Shown here: in pieces, positions 30,373 through 39,715 of the stretch
How positions within the stretch are numbered: position 1 is the stretch's first letter
Layout: each line of letters opens with the position of its first letter
Source: Nitrosopumilus sp.
GTDB taxonomy: Archaea; Thermoproteota; Nitrososphaeria; Nitrososphaerales; Nitrosopumilaceae
Length of the DNA: 64,000 bases
NCBI GenBank assembly: GCA_965205215.1
Contig: OZ242041.1
Location: 1,728,001-1,792,000, forward strand
Direction of reading: 5' to 3'
Notes under the pieces: model-generated
The model's database searches: none
The model's input: only the letters and a program-made list of their open reading frames with translations
Told to the model about the DNA's origin: nothing
Translations under genes and position numbers: made by a program

Positions 30373-31100
30373 TCAGTCCACCCTATAACCCTGCAGAGCT
30401 CCCCCATCGTGGTATACGAGGATGCGGATCTCCTTATCATTGCCTTTTCAAACTGCACCTTTTTGAACGGCTTTAGTTCCTTGGGCGAGCCGACGTAGGC
30501 GCGCAGCCGCTTGTGGGATGTCTTGCCAGACGGTTTTTTCTCAAAAGGCAGCATCCCGCGTATCATCTTTGTAATCACCGTGTCGGGCCTGCGGTAGTGG
30601 ACAGGCCCATGCTTTGGGTTGATTATGCTGTTTATCTTTAGAAACTGCCGGTATTCGTGTATGGTGTTGGAGCGAGTGCCGCTTATCATGATGCGTTCGC
30701 AGTTTACAAGAGAGATGCGGTTCCCCTTCAGGAGCATCTTTGCAACAAGCGACGAGAGTCGGCCTGCAACGTGATTAGACGCATCGACCACGATGGGCCT
30801 GTCGGTGCCGTCGGCGTTCGGATTGGGCGCCTTTCCCTTGCCCGAACGCGTCTTGGGGGCGCCCGCAGCTCCTGCAGGCGCGTCGCCGGCACCAGAATCG
30901 TCAGAGTCTTGGCCCTTTGCAGCAAGATCTCCTTCGGAGCCCGCGTCCTCCTGTATCTCTGCAGGTACCTCTTTTTTGGAATCCAGTGAGAGCTCAAGCA
31001 CTTGCTCTTTATTTTCTTCCGCAGGCTGGGAGGATGGAGCCGCCGCATCCTCAGAAGGCATATCGCCCTGCCTCGAAGAGGCGTCGTTGCCCTCAGCCAA
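30369..31100 (-). CDS. rpl13: 50S ribosomal protein uL13 with acidic N-terminal extension
   Basis: VVDASNHVAGRLSS, GPVHYRRP, IRGMLP motifs. Confidence 0.94.
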   Translation of the reverse strand: MAEGNDASSRQGDMPSEDAAAPSSQPAEENKEQVLELSLDSKKEVPAEIQEDAGSEGDLAAKGQDSDDSGAGDAPAGAAGAPKTRSGKGKAPNPNADGTDRPIVVDASNHVAGRLSSLVAKMLLKGNRISLVNCERIMISGTRSNTIHEYRQFLKINSIINPKHGPVHYRRPDTVITKMIRGMLPFEKKPSGKTSHKRLRAYVGSPKELKPFKKVQFEKAMIRRSASSYTTMGELCRVIGWTE

Positions 31101-31440
31101 GCAGAACGACCCCCTTGCCGGTCGGATTCTGGCTTATCAGAACATCGTGCGCAATGGCAGTCCCCCCCGCCGCCTTGATCTTTGAGAGGGCGCTTGCAGA
31201 TATAGAGAAGGAGTACAGGGTGATGCGGTGCGGGATGCTTCCCGTGCCCAGCACCTTGCCCGGAAAGACCACGGTGTCGTCGGCCTTTGTAAGCTGCCCA
31301 AGTCGCTTTATGTTGATGTTGCGGCGCGCAGACGACGGTTTTAGCATGTACTCTGCAAGGCGGGCCCACAGGGGGGCGTCATGCTGCAAGGACGCCCTTT
31401 TGAGGTCTCGCGCGGTATGCAGTAGCACGGAATTTGCCAT
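31093..31440 (-). CDS. rpl18e: 50S ribosomal protein eL18
   Basis: VVFPGKVLGTG, SASALSKIKAAGG; gene order with L13 and S9. Confidence 0.93.
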   Translation of the reverse strand: MANSVLLHTARDLKRASLQHDAPLWARLAEYMLKPSSARRNINIKRLGQLTKADDTVVFPGKVLGTGSIPHRITLYSFSISASALSKIKAAGGTAIAHDVLISQNPTGKGVVLLG

Positions 31441-31484
31441 GCAGGGCGCCGTCTGCGGCCCAAATATAATGTATGCCTAGAGTA

Positions 31485-32810
31485 CAGTCAACGCAAATGT
31501 GACTCGAACAAGCCCTCCGGCAGGTCTGGCGGGGGCTTCGGCTCGAGGGTCGGATCGGTGAGAAGGTTGTGGAGGGCCCCTGCAAACTCCCCCCACTTGA
31601 GGTCGGGGGCGTTTGCGGTTCCCATCAGGAGGTACGCCCGGGACATCAGGGCCCTGGCGATTATCCACGCGTCGTAAAAGAGGCACGTGTACATGAAGCA
31701 GAACATCCGGGCCGCCGGGGCCCTGCACCGCGTCTTTGCATTGCCCTGTTCAAGCAGCCTGTATCCGGTCTCTATGTTCCACCGCCGCCCGTACCTGTCG
31801 GGGTCCGCGTCCGGCACGTTGGTGGCAAACGCGATGTACCTTTCCTCCGGCGGCTCCGGGTACGGCGCGTGTTTTTTCCTGCGCCTCCTCTCCGTTATTA
31901 CGGCCCAGTACGTGGCCGTGCGCCCCCCGCCGCCCTCGCTTATCTCCAGCTCCGACACGCGGTGCCTGGCCCTTCTCGAGTACTGCCCCAGCGCGTCCAC
32001 GACGGTGTCGGTGTTCCTGCACGGGATCAGGAACCGTATCCCGTTTTCGCTGAGGTACCTTATCACCCCCGTGTTGAAGAACTCGCGGTCCATCATGACG
32101 AGGCCGATCTCGACCCCCACGCGGCCGCATATGTGAATTAACTCAGGCACGAAGTCGGGGGTGGACTGGAGCTTGCGCACCGGAACCACCCCGAGCACGA
32201 GCTTTTCCCCGTTGACGACGCACTGAGCCGTGGCATATCCCTCGAACCTGTCGGTCCCGTTCCTTGGCTTTTTGCGCACCAGTTCGGGGCCGTCCCTCTT
32301 GTCGTATCTCTCCCTGTAGTGAAAGTCGATTGCAATGTCGACGGGCCCGCTGAACAGTCCCATCGCCTTCATGCGGTCCACGTACATCCCCGTGTCCCTT
32401 ATGAACAGCTCGCGCAGGCTCACGCCGTCGACGGCCCTCATCCACTGCATCATTCGCTCGCCGCACGGCAGGGCGCGCGCACCGGGCTGCCCGACGTTGG
32501 TGCCGTTCCTGTCCATCGCGATGGAGGTCACGTTGCGATTCCTCATGCACGCCTCGTACATGACAAAGTCCATGTCCTCCTTGCCGTAGAGTGCGTTGTA
32601 CCTGCTCGAGAATGGCAGCGCGCTTGACAGGTCCCCCAGCTGCAGGCTACGCAAAATAGATTGATATATCGCGTAACCCCGCGCAGATCGTCTTAGGCGG
32701 CTTTTCTTCAATTCGCAATCAGCCGCCTTAAGACGTCACATATAGATCTTTTTCATATGCGCGCATTATAGCCTTGCGCCCCCTCTCTTGGGGCACATTT
32801 GCGTTGACTG
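31485..32810 (-). mobile_element. ISH3-type (IS4-like DDE) insertion sequence, 1326 bp
   Basis: 17-bp perfect IRs CAGTCAACGCAAATGTG; 5-bp direct repeat GAGTA at 31480-84 and 32811-15. Confidence 0.93.
31488..32711 (-). CDS. ISH3/IS4-like DDE transposase
   Basis: IAID, MMDREF and YGRRWNIETGYR (Y-x2-R-x3-E) motifs; stop codon lies within the IR. Confidence 0.9.
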   Translation of the reverse strand: MKKSRLRRSARGYAIYQSILRSLQLGDLSSALPFSSRYNALYGKEDMDFVMYEACMRNRNVTSIAMDRNGTNVGQPGARALPCGERMMQWMRAVDGVSLRELFIRDTGMYVDRMKAMGLFSGPVDIAIDFHYRERYDKRDGPELVRKKPRNGTDRFEGYATAQCVVNGEKLVLGVVPVRKLQSTPDFVPELIHICGRVGVEIGLVMMDREFFNTGVIRYLSENGIRFLIPCRNTDTVVDALGQYSRRARHRVSELEISEGGGGRTATYWAVITERRRRKKHAPYPEPPEERYIAFATNVPDADPDRYGRRWNIETGYRLLEQGNAKTRCRAPAARMFCFMYTCLFYDAWIIARALMSRAYLLMGTANAPDLKWGEFAGALHNLLTDPTLEPKPPPDLPEGLFESHLR

Positions 32811-32890
32811 GAGTAGCGCTCATTGAAAATTTCGCCTCATGATGGACAATCGCAGAAAAGCTTATTGATCGACGGATCGCCGGACAGTCC

Positions 32891-33889
32891 ATGAGCGAAA
32901 GCAGCAAGAAGATCCGGGAGCTGACGGAGGCCATGCGTGCAGAAAGGGATGTCAGGATCCGCAACAGGATGATGGCGGTTCTGGGCGTACTCAAGGGCCA
33001 CTCCACAAAAACCGCCTCTGATTTTGCAGACGTGGACCGGCGCACAGTGCAGCTGTGGGTTGCCAGGTTCGACGAAGGCGGCATCGGTGGCCTCCGGGAC
33101 GCTCCCGGGAGGGGCAGGGCGTCCCGCGCAAGGTACGGGCGGATCAGGAGACTTGCAGACAGGCTTGCCGGCAGGAACATGCTCACCCCGAGAAAGCTTC
33201 GAAACTGGATACGGGGAAAGCTGCACATCCGGTACAGCATGTGCAGCGTGCGCAGGATCCTGCGCTTCCTCGGGTTTTCATCCAAGAGGTCGTCCACCCT
33301 GTACGCCTCGGCTGCCGGCGCCGACGCGGTAAGGCGGTGGCAGGCCGACGCCGCACGCACGATATCGGGGGCAAAAAGGCGCGGACTGACGATCGTGGTG
33401 CAGGACGAGTCCATATTTCTCAGGACGGGGACAAACGGAAGGAAGCTGTGGTCGCGCGTCGGGGATCCCGTGACCGTCAGCCGGCACGGCAGGAGGGACA
33501 GGACCGTCGTGTTCGGCGCGCTCGCAGAGGACGGAACCAGGCTGATGCGGCAGTATGAAAGGTTCGACGGCCCGACGTTCGTACGGTATCTCCGGAAGGT
33601 GCGCCGCAAGTGGGGCAGGGTTCTCCTCGTAACGGACAACGCAAGCCAGCACAAGCACAGGGAAGTGCGGAAGTACCTGAAGAGCCACGACGGGGTGGAG
33701 ATCCTGTACCTTCCCACCGCCACGCCGAAGCTCAGCGCAGTCGAGTCCGTATGGAGGGATGCAAAATACAGGCTTGTCACTTCAGAGCACTACGAGACAC
33801 GAGAAGATCTGACGCATGCGGTGTCAGAATACTTCAGGACGTGCCCAATCAGGCTTGACATATACAAATTCTTGTACCGTTGTGCGTGA
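32891..33889 (+). CDS. IS630-family transposase, single uninterrupted ORF
   Basis: N-terminal HTH (RRTVQLWVARF...APGRGR); QDES, DNASQH and LSAVE catalytic motifs. Confidence 0.93.
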   Translation: MSESSKKIRELTEAMRAERDVRIRNRMMAVLGVLKGHSTKTASDFADVDRRTVQLWVARFDEGGIGGLRDAPGRGRASRARYGRIRRLADRLAGRNMLTPRKLRNWIRGKLHIRYSMCSVRRILRFLGFSSKRSSTLYASAAGADAVRRWQADAARTISGAKRRGLTIVVQDESIFLRTGTNGRKLWSRVGDPVTVSRHGRRDRTVVFGALAEDGTRLMRQYERFDGPTFVRYLRKVRRKWGRVLLVTDNASQHKHREVRKYLKSHDGVEILYLPTATPKLSAVESVWRDAKYRLVTSEHYETREDLTHAVSEYFRTCPIRLDIYKFLYRCA

Positions 33890-34349
33890 GGCGAAATTTT
33901 CAATGATCGCCACTCTAGCACAGGGGGTGGGAATCATGCGGCGACGGCAGGCGGCAGCACGCAGGCCCGGACGGCAATGGCGGGCGCCGCGTGGCGGCCA
34001 TAACGGCCCAGGGGTCCTGCATGCGACGCCTCGAGACGCCCCACGCGGACTGATGGGCGGTACGCACGCCGAGAGGCCCTCGGACGCTTGCAAGTGCAGG
34101 GGCGCGATCCCATGCAGGCTCATGCGGCCGTCCCAGCAGCGGGCCGACTGAGTCCGTAAAGGCATGATGCGGGCCGCCGCTGTCGCGGCAGGATGCCTTC
34201 GGGCGCGAGGATGGGCATCTAGTGCCGTCTGTGACTCTTTGTGTGTTACGCGTCGTAGGCATTCTGATGTATACGGCCGTTGCAGGTATGTCGGACTTTG
34301 CACAAAGTTGACGCGGGCAGGCGCAGAATCCCGGACCTCAGCGTCGGGA

Positions 34350-34988
34350 TTATCCTAGTTCCTTTACCATGCCCTGAAACTCGGCCAGCTTGCGGTTGAC
34401 CTCGTCTATGCCGGCAAGCAGGATCTGCTCCGGCCTGAGCGCGCCCGTGGATTCGACCGTCAGTATGCGCTCGTCTTCTGCTTCGCCGTCCACAAGTACA
34501 GAGACGTTTGCAGAGTTCCACTTCGCATGCTCCGTCCCGCGCCCGAGCCTGGCAAAGCACTCGGCCTTGACCTTTTGTCCGGGCGCAAGGCGCACTATCG
34601 GAACCTTGTCGGAGATTGGCAAGACGTCGGCATCGTCAGAGATCAGGCTTTCTGAGAAAACCGTAATGCTTTCGGATTCAGACTCTGCCGAGTCAAGCAC
34701 AAGCATGACGCGGCAGTTCGAGCACCCCGGATCGCCCCCGCACGAGCAGTCTGCAGGCTCAGAGAACCTCTCAAGGTCGGTCCTCAGCGGGATCAGTCCC
34801 AGCCTGTGCGCCAGGCCTTCGTCTGGAATCACCGACGAGTTCTGTATGATGTCGACTGTATCTATTGCAAACACGGGCACGTCGTTGAGGCACGTCCTCC
34901 GCAGCGCGTTTGCATACTGCAGCGGGACACCCTTCAGCTTTACGGATATCTTGCGGTCATCCTTGTGAACAAGCTCCAGAGACGACAA
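34350..34988 (-). CDS. rpoD: RNA polymerase subunit D (Rpo3); start reassigned to TTG 34988
   Basis: ANALRR, NSSV..DE.LAHRLGLIPL, GRGTEHAKW motifs. Confidence 0.95.
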   Translation of the reverse strand: MSSLELVHKDDRKISVKLKGVPLQYANALRRTCLNDVPVFAIDTVDIIQNSSVIPDEGLAHRLGLIPLRTDLERFSEPADCSCGGDPGCSNCRVMLVLDSAESESESITVFSESLISDDADVLPISDKVPIVRLAPGQKVKAECFARLGRGTEHAKWNSANVSVLVDGEAEDERILTVESTGALRPEQILLAGIDEVNRKLAEFQGMVKELG

Positions 34989-35245
34989 ATCTCTTTTGAC
35001 GCTCGTGACTCCAAATAAAAATCTAGACGGCGGAGGCCGTCGGCAAGGACAGGCGGAGCACGGGAGGGAGGAGGGGCAAAGAGAAAACAATGCGGGGTGT
35101 ACGGGTGCGAGTGGGGGGGGGAGAGGAGGGGAGCACAGATGCAGATGCGGCCACGCACTACCGGCCGCAGGGGCCCATGGCACAGCCGCGTACGACACTG
35201 TAAGGCGAGTACTGGCACTGGTACGCATACAGCGGGCTCAGAACA

Positions 35246-37339
35246 TCACAGAGAAATGACGCCGCTTGCTATCATCCACTCGATGGCCCCCGCAAACGTG
35301 GCGTCGTCTATGATGCCGTCCGACCACCACCGCGCGTTCGACTTTACCCAGTCGGGTATTGCAACGCTGCTGTCGCCCGCCGCATCGCCGGGGCCGGGAT
35401 CCGAGATGTCCGGAATTGCAATTATCCCCTCCCGCACCAGATACTCGAGCGCGGACGCAAACGTGGCGTCGTCTATGACGCCGTCCGACCACCACCGCGC
35501 GTTCGACTTTACCCAGTCGGGTATTGCAACGTCGTCGGCGCCTTCCCCCCCGCCACCGCTCCCAACGCCGTCCCCTGCGCGTATCGTGACGGTTCCAAGC
35601 ATCCACGGGTGCAGCGTGCAAAAGTAGTCAAACGTGCCGACATCCTCAAACGTGTACTCGTATGTCTGCCCCTCCCCCACAACGGGGCTCAGAAACATGC
35701 CGTCCGGCCCCTCACCGGGCGTGCCAGAGGCCACGGTATGGCCCTGCTCGTCCAGGTTCTTCCACGAGACCGTCTGGCCCTGCCGCGCCTCCAGCGCGTA
35801 CGGCTCAAAGCACGCATCGTCCCGCTCGCAGCCTATCATAAAGGAGCCGGGCGCCATCTCGACCCTGTGATCGTACGCGGCGGCTCCCGCGCCGCCGCCG
35901 CCGGGGCCAAGCCCCTTTCCCACGGTGAATGCAAACTCGCCGCCCGTCTCAAAGTCGTTTACCTGCGATATGGAGGCTATGGCGGCCCCCGGCCCTGCAA
36001 AATGCAGGGGTATGCGGTCGCTTCCGTCCGGCGTGTGGCGCCCGCGCTCGGAGAAGACCGACTGGCCGTCAAGCAGTACGTCGATGTCGTACGTGATGAG
36101 CGGGATGATGATGTTCGTGACGGGATCCCTAAACTCTACGTTGAGCACGAGGTCTCGGCCCTGCGCGACTCCGCCGGGAGGCTCCAGCCAGACGTAGAAC
36201 TTCCAGTCCTCCCTGCTGGACAGAACTACGACGGTGTCGCCCTCCTCCAGCGAGGCGTCCTGCTTTTCCTTTTGGCGCTCCTTGCCGGATGCTATCGTAA
36301 ACGTCATGACGTCGCGCTCGTCCCCGGGGATCGAGGCAAGCATGCCGGCAAGCTTGGAGGAGGACAGGAGAAAGTGCACCACTATCACATCATCGCTGGA
36401 CCTGTCCACCGTGCCAAAGTACGGCATGCCGCTTACGGCAAGCAGTATGTCATGGTCCTCGAACATTTTGACCGTCTTTGGTATGTAGTATTCTGCATGA
36501 ACGAACGAGACGTCGCCTATGGCAGACTCGTCCCAGTAAAACGGCATCGTCGCAGTGATGCTCTTTTGGCGGGAGTCGTACTCGAATCCCTCTATCCTGT
36601 CATGGTACGTGGCAAACACAAAGTCCGTCTGCACGCCGCCAATCTCCACTGCAAACGGTATGAACTGTCCCACGCTCAGGGGGACCTCGAATGTGGAGTC
36701 CTCCGCGAGCACGGGCTCCCCCTCCATCGACTGCAGCGTAATCGACACGTCGACCAGTCCGCCCTCCAGAAAGACCGGGGCGCGTACCAAGAGGGGCTCG
36801 TCAGTCGACGCGATCCATGCGCCAGACGCGTCCGGCTCGCCCTGCGAGACGACAGTCGCGCCGCCCGACGCGTCCGGCATGATGCCTATGACGGACGTGT
36901 CGGACGGCGAGTACACGTCAAGGTCAAGCAGCACGTCGCCGCCGGTTCTGATCACCAGGTTGTACGACACGTCAGATACGGGTACCGGGGGATCCGCATC
37001 CACGTCGTGTATGGCCACTTCAAGCGAGATGCGCTCTTCCCCCTCCCTCAGTATGGGCGGGTCGGCCGCGACCTCCGCGGCCACGTACCGGTCGTTTATG
37101 AACAACGCCTGGCTTGAAGCGGAGCCTGCCTCGCCTGCAAACGCGGGCCCGGCCAAGAGGGGCGCAGACGCCAGAAACGCGGACAGCACCGCCACCACTA
37201 CGACGGTTGCCGCGGACAGGACGAACATTCGCGTGACTGGCGCACGCGGCGCAGTACGTTCCGCGGCCGCGGGACGCGCGGTCGGGACGGCGTCTGGGGC
37301 AAGGCCGGGGCAAGCACAGATGTCCGCGTGGCTGGACAT
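35246..37339 (-). CDS. Secreted multidomain protein with a plastocyanin-like copper domain and two thaumarchaeal C-terminal repeats
   Basis: Signal/TM segment; HTV...YFCTLHPWM type-1 copper ligands; IPDWVKSNARWWSDG x2. Confidence 0.87.
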   Translation of the reverse strand: MSSHADICACPGLAPDAVPTARPAAAERTAPRAPVTRMFVLSAATVVVVAVLSAFLASAPLLAGPAFAGEAGSASSQALFINDRYVAAEVAADPPILREGEERISLEVAIHDVDADPPVPVSDVSYNLVIRTGGDVLLDLDVYSPSDTSVIGIMPDASGGATVVSQGEPDASGAWIASTDEPLLVRAPVFLEGGLVDVSITLQSMEGEPVLAEDSTFEVPLSVGQFIPFAVEIGGVQTDFVFATYHDRIEGFEYDSRQKSITATMPFYWDESAIGDVSFVHAEYYIPKTVKMFEDHDILLAVSGMPYFGTVDRSSDDVIVVHFLLSSSKLAGMLASIPGDERDVMTFTIASGKERQKEKQDASLEEGDTVVVLSSREDWKFYVWLEPPGGVAQGRDLVLNVEFRDPVTNIIIPLITYDIDVLLDGQSVFSERGRHTPDGSDRIPLHFAGPGAAIASISQVNDFETGGEFAFTVGKGLGPGGGGAGAAAYDHRVEMAPGSFMIGCERDDACFEPYALEARQGQTVSWKNLDEQGHTVASGTPGEGPDGMFLSPVVGEGQTYEYTFEDVGTFDYFCTLHPWMLGTVTIRAGDGVGSGGGGEGADDVAIPDWVKSNARWWSDGVIDDATFASALEYLVREGIIAIPDISDPGPGDAAGDSSVAIPDWVKSNARWWSDGIIDDATFAGAIEWMIASGVISL

Positions 37340-37530
37340 GATGCATGTCGCGGTTCACACCATAAATAATTAACATACTGGGCCGGGGGCGGGACAGTGG
37401 CGCCGGCAGTGACAAAACGCGCCACACGACCATTCTTCGAACCGGCAGGCGGTACCGGCGCGGAGCGGGAGCCAACGTCGGCGCCGGCGCAACCGCACAG
37501 TAGATAAATGGCGCCGCGCACAGAACTGCA

Positions 37531-38217
37531 ATGGCCGAGATGACCATAGTGCGCTACTCGCACGAAGGGGACAAATTCGAGATACTGGTAAAGCCGGACG
37601 CGGCCCTGGAGTACAAGCTGGGAAGGCGTACCAATCACAGCTCCGTAATGATATCCGACGACGTGTACACGGACTCGGGCAAGGGCACAAAGCCGTCGGC
37701 CGAAAAGCTGCAAAAAGCGTTCGGCACCAGCGATCCGGCAGAGGCGTCCAAAATCATACTGCAAAACGGAGATCTCAACCTCACCACAGAGCAGAGGCGC
37801 AAGATGACAGACGAGAAGAGGAGGCAGATCATAGAGTTCATTGCAAAGACCTACGTCGACCCCCGGACGCACCTGCCGCATCCGCCGCTCCGCATAGAGC
37901 AGGCCATGAAGGACGCCAGGGTGTCAGTCGACCCGCAGAGGGGGGCCGAGCCGCAGGCCAAGGAGATGGTGGAGAAGCTGCGCTCCATAATACCGCTAAA
38001 GTCCGAGAATGCGGAACTCTTGGTTACCATACCGGCCCAGTACGCCTCCAAGTCGTACGCCGTGCTAAAGTCCGTCGGCACGCTGAGGGACGAGCAGTGG
38101 CAGAACGACGGTTCGCTAAAAGCAATACTAGAAATACCAGCGGGGGACAGGCCCGCCGTGATAGACAGGCTGGGTTCGATAACCCGCGGTTCCGCCGGCG
38201 TAGAGGTGGCAAAGTAG
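37531..38217 (+). CDS. Ribosome maturation factor SBDS/Sdo1
   Basis: KFEILV, DPRT..PHPP.RIE.AM; heads the exosome cluster. Confidence 0.95.
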   Translation: MAEMTIVRYSHEGDKFEILVKPDAALEYKLGRRTNHSSVMISDDVYTDSGKGTKPSAEKLQKAFGTSDPAEASKIILQNGDLNLTTEQRRKMTDEKRRQIIEFIAKTYVDPRTHLPHPPLRIEQAMKDARVSVDPQRGAEPQAKEMVEKLRSIIPLKSENAELLVTIPAQYASKSYAVLKSVGTLRDEQWQNDGSLKAILEIPAGDRPAVIDRLGSITRGSAGVEVAK

Positions 38218-38939
38218 TGGATGTGCGGAGAAGGTACGTCATACCAGGCGACACGATAACCTCGGGGCCGTACCGTCCCGAGCAGAACGTGACTCTTGTG
38301 GGCGATAAGAAGATAGTGTCCACGGCGGTGGGCGTCTCGGAGATATACGACAACACGGTAAAGGTGATTCCGCTTGCGGGCAAGTACATTCCAAAGATAA
38401 ACGACCTGGTGGTGGGCAAGGTCATAACGCACACCTCGCTTTCATGGGAGCTTGACATCAACTCGTGCTACGTGGGATTTCTGCCGGCAACCGACGTGTT
38501 CGGGCGGGACTTTTCGGCGCACGCCGACGAGCTTGCAACAAAGCTGAAGACCGGCGACCTGGTGGCGGCCAGGGTTGCAAACTTTGACCGCACGCGCGAC
38601 CCGCTTGTGACAATATCAGACAGGGATCTGGGCAAGATCGACTCCGGCGAGCTCGTAGAGATAGCGCCCGGCAGGGTGCCCAGGCTGATTGGAAAGCGCG
38701 GCACCATGATACAGACGATAGAGACTGCCACGGACTCCATAATTACCATAGGCCAGAACGGACGGGTCGTGGTCGCGTGCGACGATGCAGAGGGATTATT
38801 AAAGGCAAAGAAAGCGATCCGGATGGTAAACAGCATGGCGCACTCTACAAACCTGACTGAAAAGGTGAGGGAGATGCTAGAGTCGGGGAACGACGCGCCG
38901 CGCGAGACTGCCGAACGCAAGGAGGATGACAAGGAGTAA
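38217..38939 (+). CDS. rrp4: Exosome RNA-binding subunit Rrp4 (start reassigned to GTG 38217)
   Basis: VIPGD, YIPKINDLVVG S1 domain, PRLIGKRG KH domain, GQNG. Confidence 0.94.
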   Translation: MDVRRRYVIPGDTITSGPYRPEQNVTLVGDKKIVSTAVGVSEIYDNTVKVIPLAGKYIPKINDLVVGKVITHTSLSWELDINSCYVGFLPATDVFGRDFSAHADELATKLKTGDLVAARVANFDRTRDPLVTISDRDLGKIDSGELVEIAPGRVPRLIGKRGTMIQTIETATDSIITIGQNGRVVVACDDAEGLLKAKKAIRMVNSMAHSTNLTEKVREMLESGNDAPRETAERKEDDKE

Positions 38940-39703
38940 TGGGCGGACGAGAAGCCACCATGGTACTGCTTGACGAGAACGGCATCAGGTGCGACGGCCG
39001 CAAGGTGGACGAGACGCGCCGCGTCATGATAAAGGCGGGCGGCCTCAAGAACGCGGACGGCTCTGCATACATCGAGTTTGGCGACAACAAGATAGTGGCA
39101 GGCGTGTTCGGCCCCAGGGACGTGCACCCAAAGCACATGTCAGATACGGACACCGGAATACTGCGCGTCAGGTACCACATGGAGCCGTTCTCTGTCGGCG
39201 AGAGAAAGAACCCCGCCCCGTCGAGGAGGGAGATCGAGATATCAAAGGTGATCAAGGAGGCGCTCGAGCCGGCCGTAATGCTCGAGATGTTCCCCAGGAC
39301 CGTGGTCGACGTGTTCATAGAGGTACTGCAGGCGGATGGCGGCACCAGGTGCGCGGCGCTCTCAGCAGCATCAGTCGCGCTGGCAGACGCCGGAATCCCA
39401 ATGAGGGACATGGTGGCGGCCTGCGCGGCCGGCAAGGTGGCAGACACGGTCATCCTTGACGTGAACAACGAGGAGGACCAGGCAGGCCAGGCCGACATGC
39501 CGATGGGATACATGCCCAGCCTCAAGAAGATCACGCTGCTGCAGCTTGACGGGATACTGACCCCCGAGGAATACGAAAAGTGCGTCGAGATCGGCATAAA
39601 GGGATGCATGCAGGTCTACGAGCTCCAGAAGAAGGCGCTGAGCGAGAAATACTTTAACAATGAGAATGGCAGAGGCGGCAGCGGCAGGGGCCAGAAGAGG
39701 TAG
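38939..39703 (+). CDS. rrp41: Exosome subunit Rrp41
   Basis: RCDGR, ADGSAY, GPR, QADGGTR motifs. Confidence 0.96.
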   Translation: MGGREATMVLLDENGIRCDGRKVDETRRVMIKAGGLKNADGSAYIEFGDNKIVAGVFGPRDVHPKHMSDTDTGILRVRYHMEPFSVGERKNPAPSRREIEISKVIKEALEPAVMLEMFPRTVVDVFIEVLQADGGTRCAALSAASVALADAGIPMRDMVAACAAGKVADTVILDVNNEEDQAGQADMPMGYMPSLKKITLLQLDGILTPEEYEKCVEIGIKGCMQVYELQKKALSEKYFNNENGRGGSGRGQKR

Positions 39704-39715
39704 GAGGAGACTGAA

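Larger units (their letters stand above)
31480..33915 (+). mobile_element. IS630-family insertion sequence (about 1105 bp once the nested IS is removed)
   Basis: 29-bp IRs with 2 mismatches (GAGTAGCGCTCATTGAAAATTTCGCCTCA at 32811-32839; inverse copy at 33887-33915); TA duplication in CTAG context at 31478-79 and 33916-17. Confidence 0.92.

Noticed and set aside
32728-33780. 350-aa antisense ORF over the IS630 transposase
   Set aside because: Shadow ORF expected in high-GC DNA; no recognisable motifs.
35609-37117. Long antisense ORFs (also 59070-60644, 57306-58445, 21633-22808, 17263-18201)
   Set aside because: They lie opposite well-supported genes and reflect codon bias and stop-codon scarcity.
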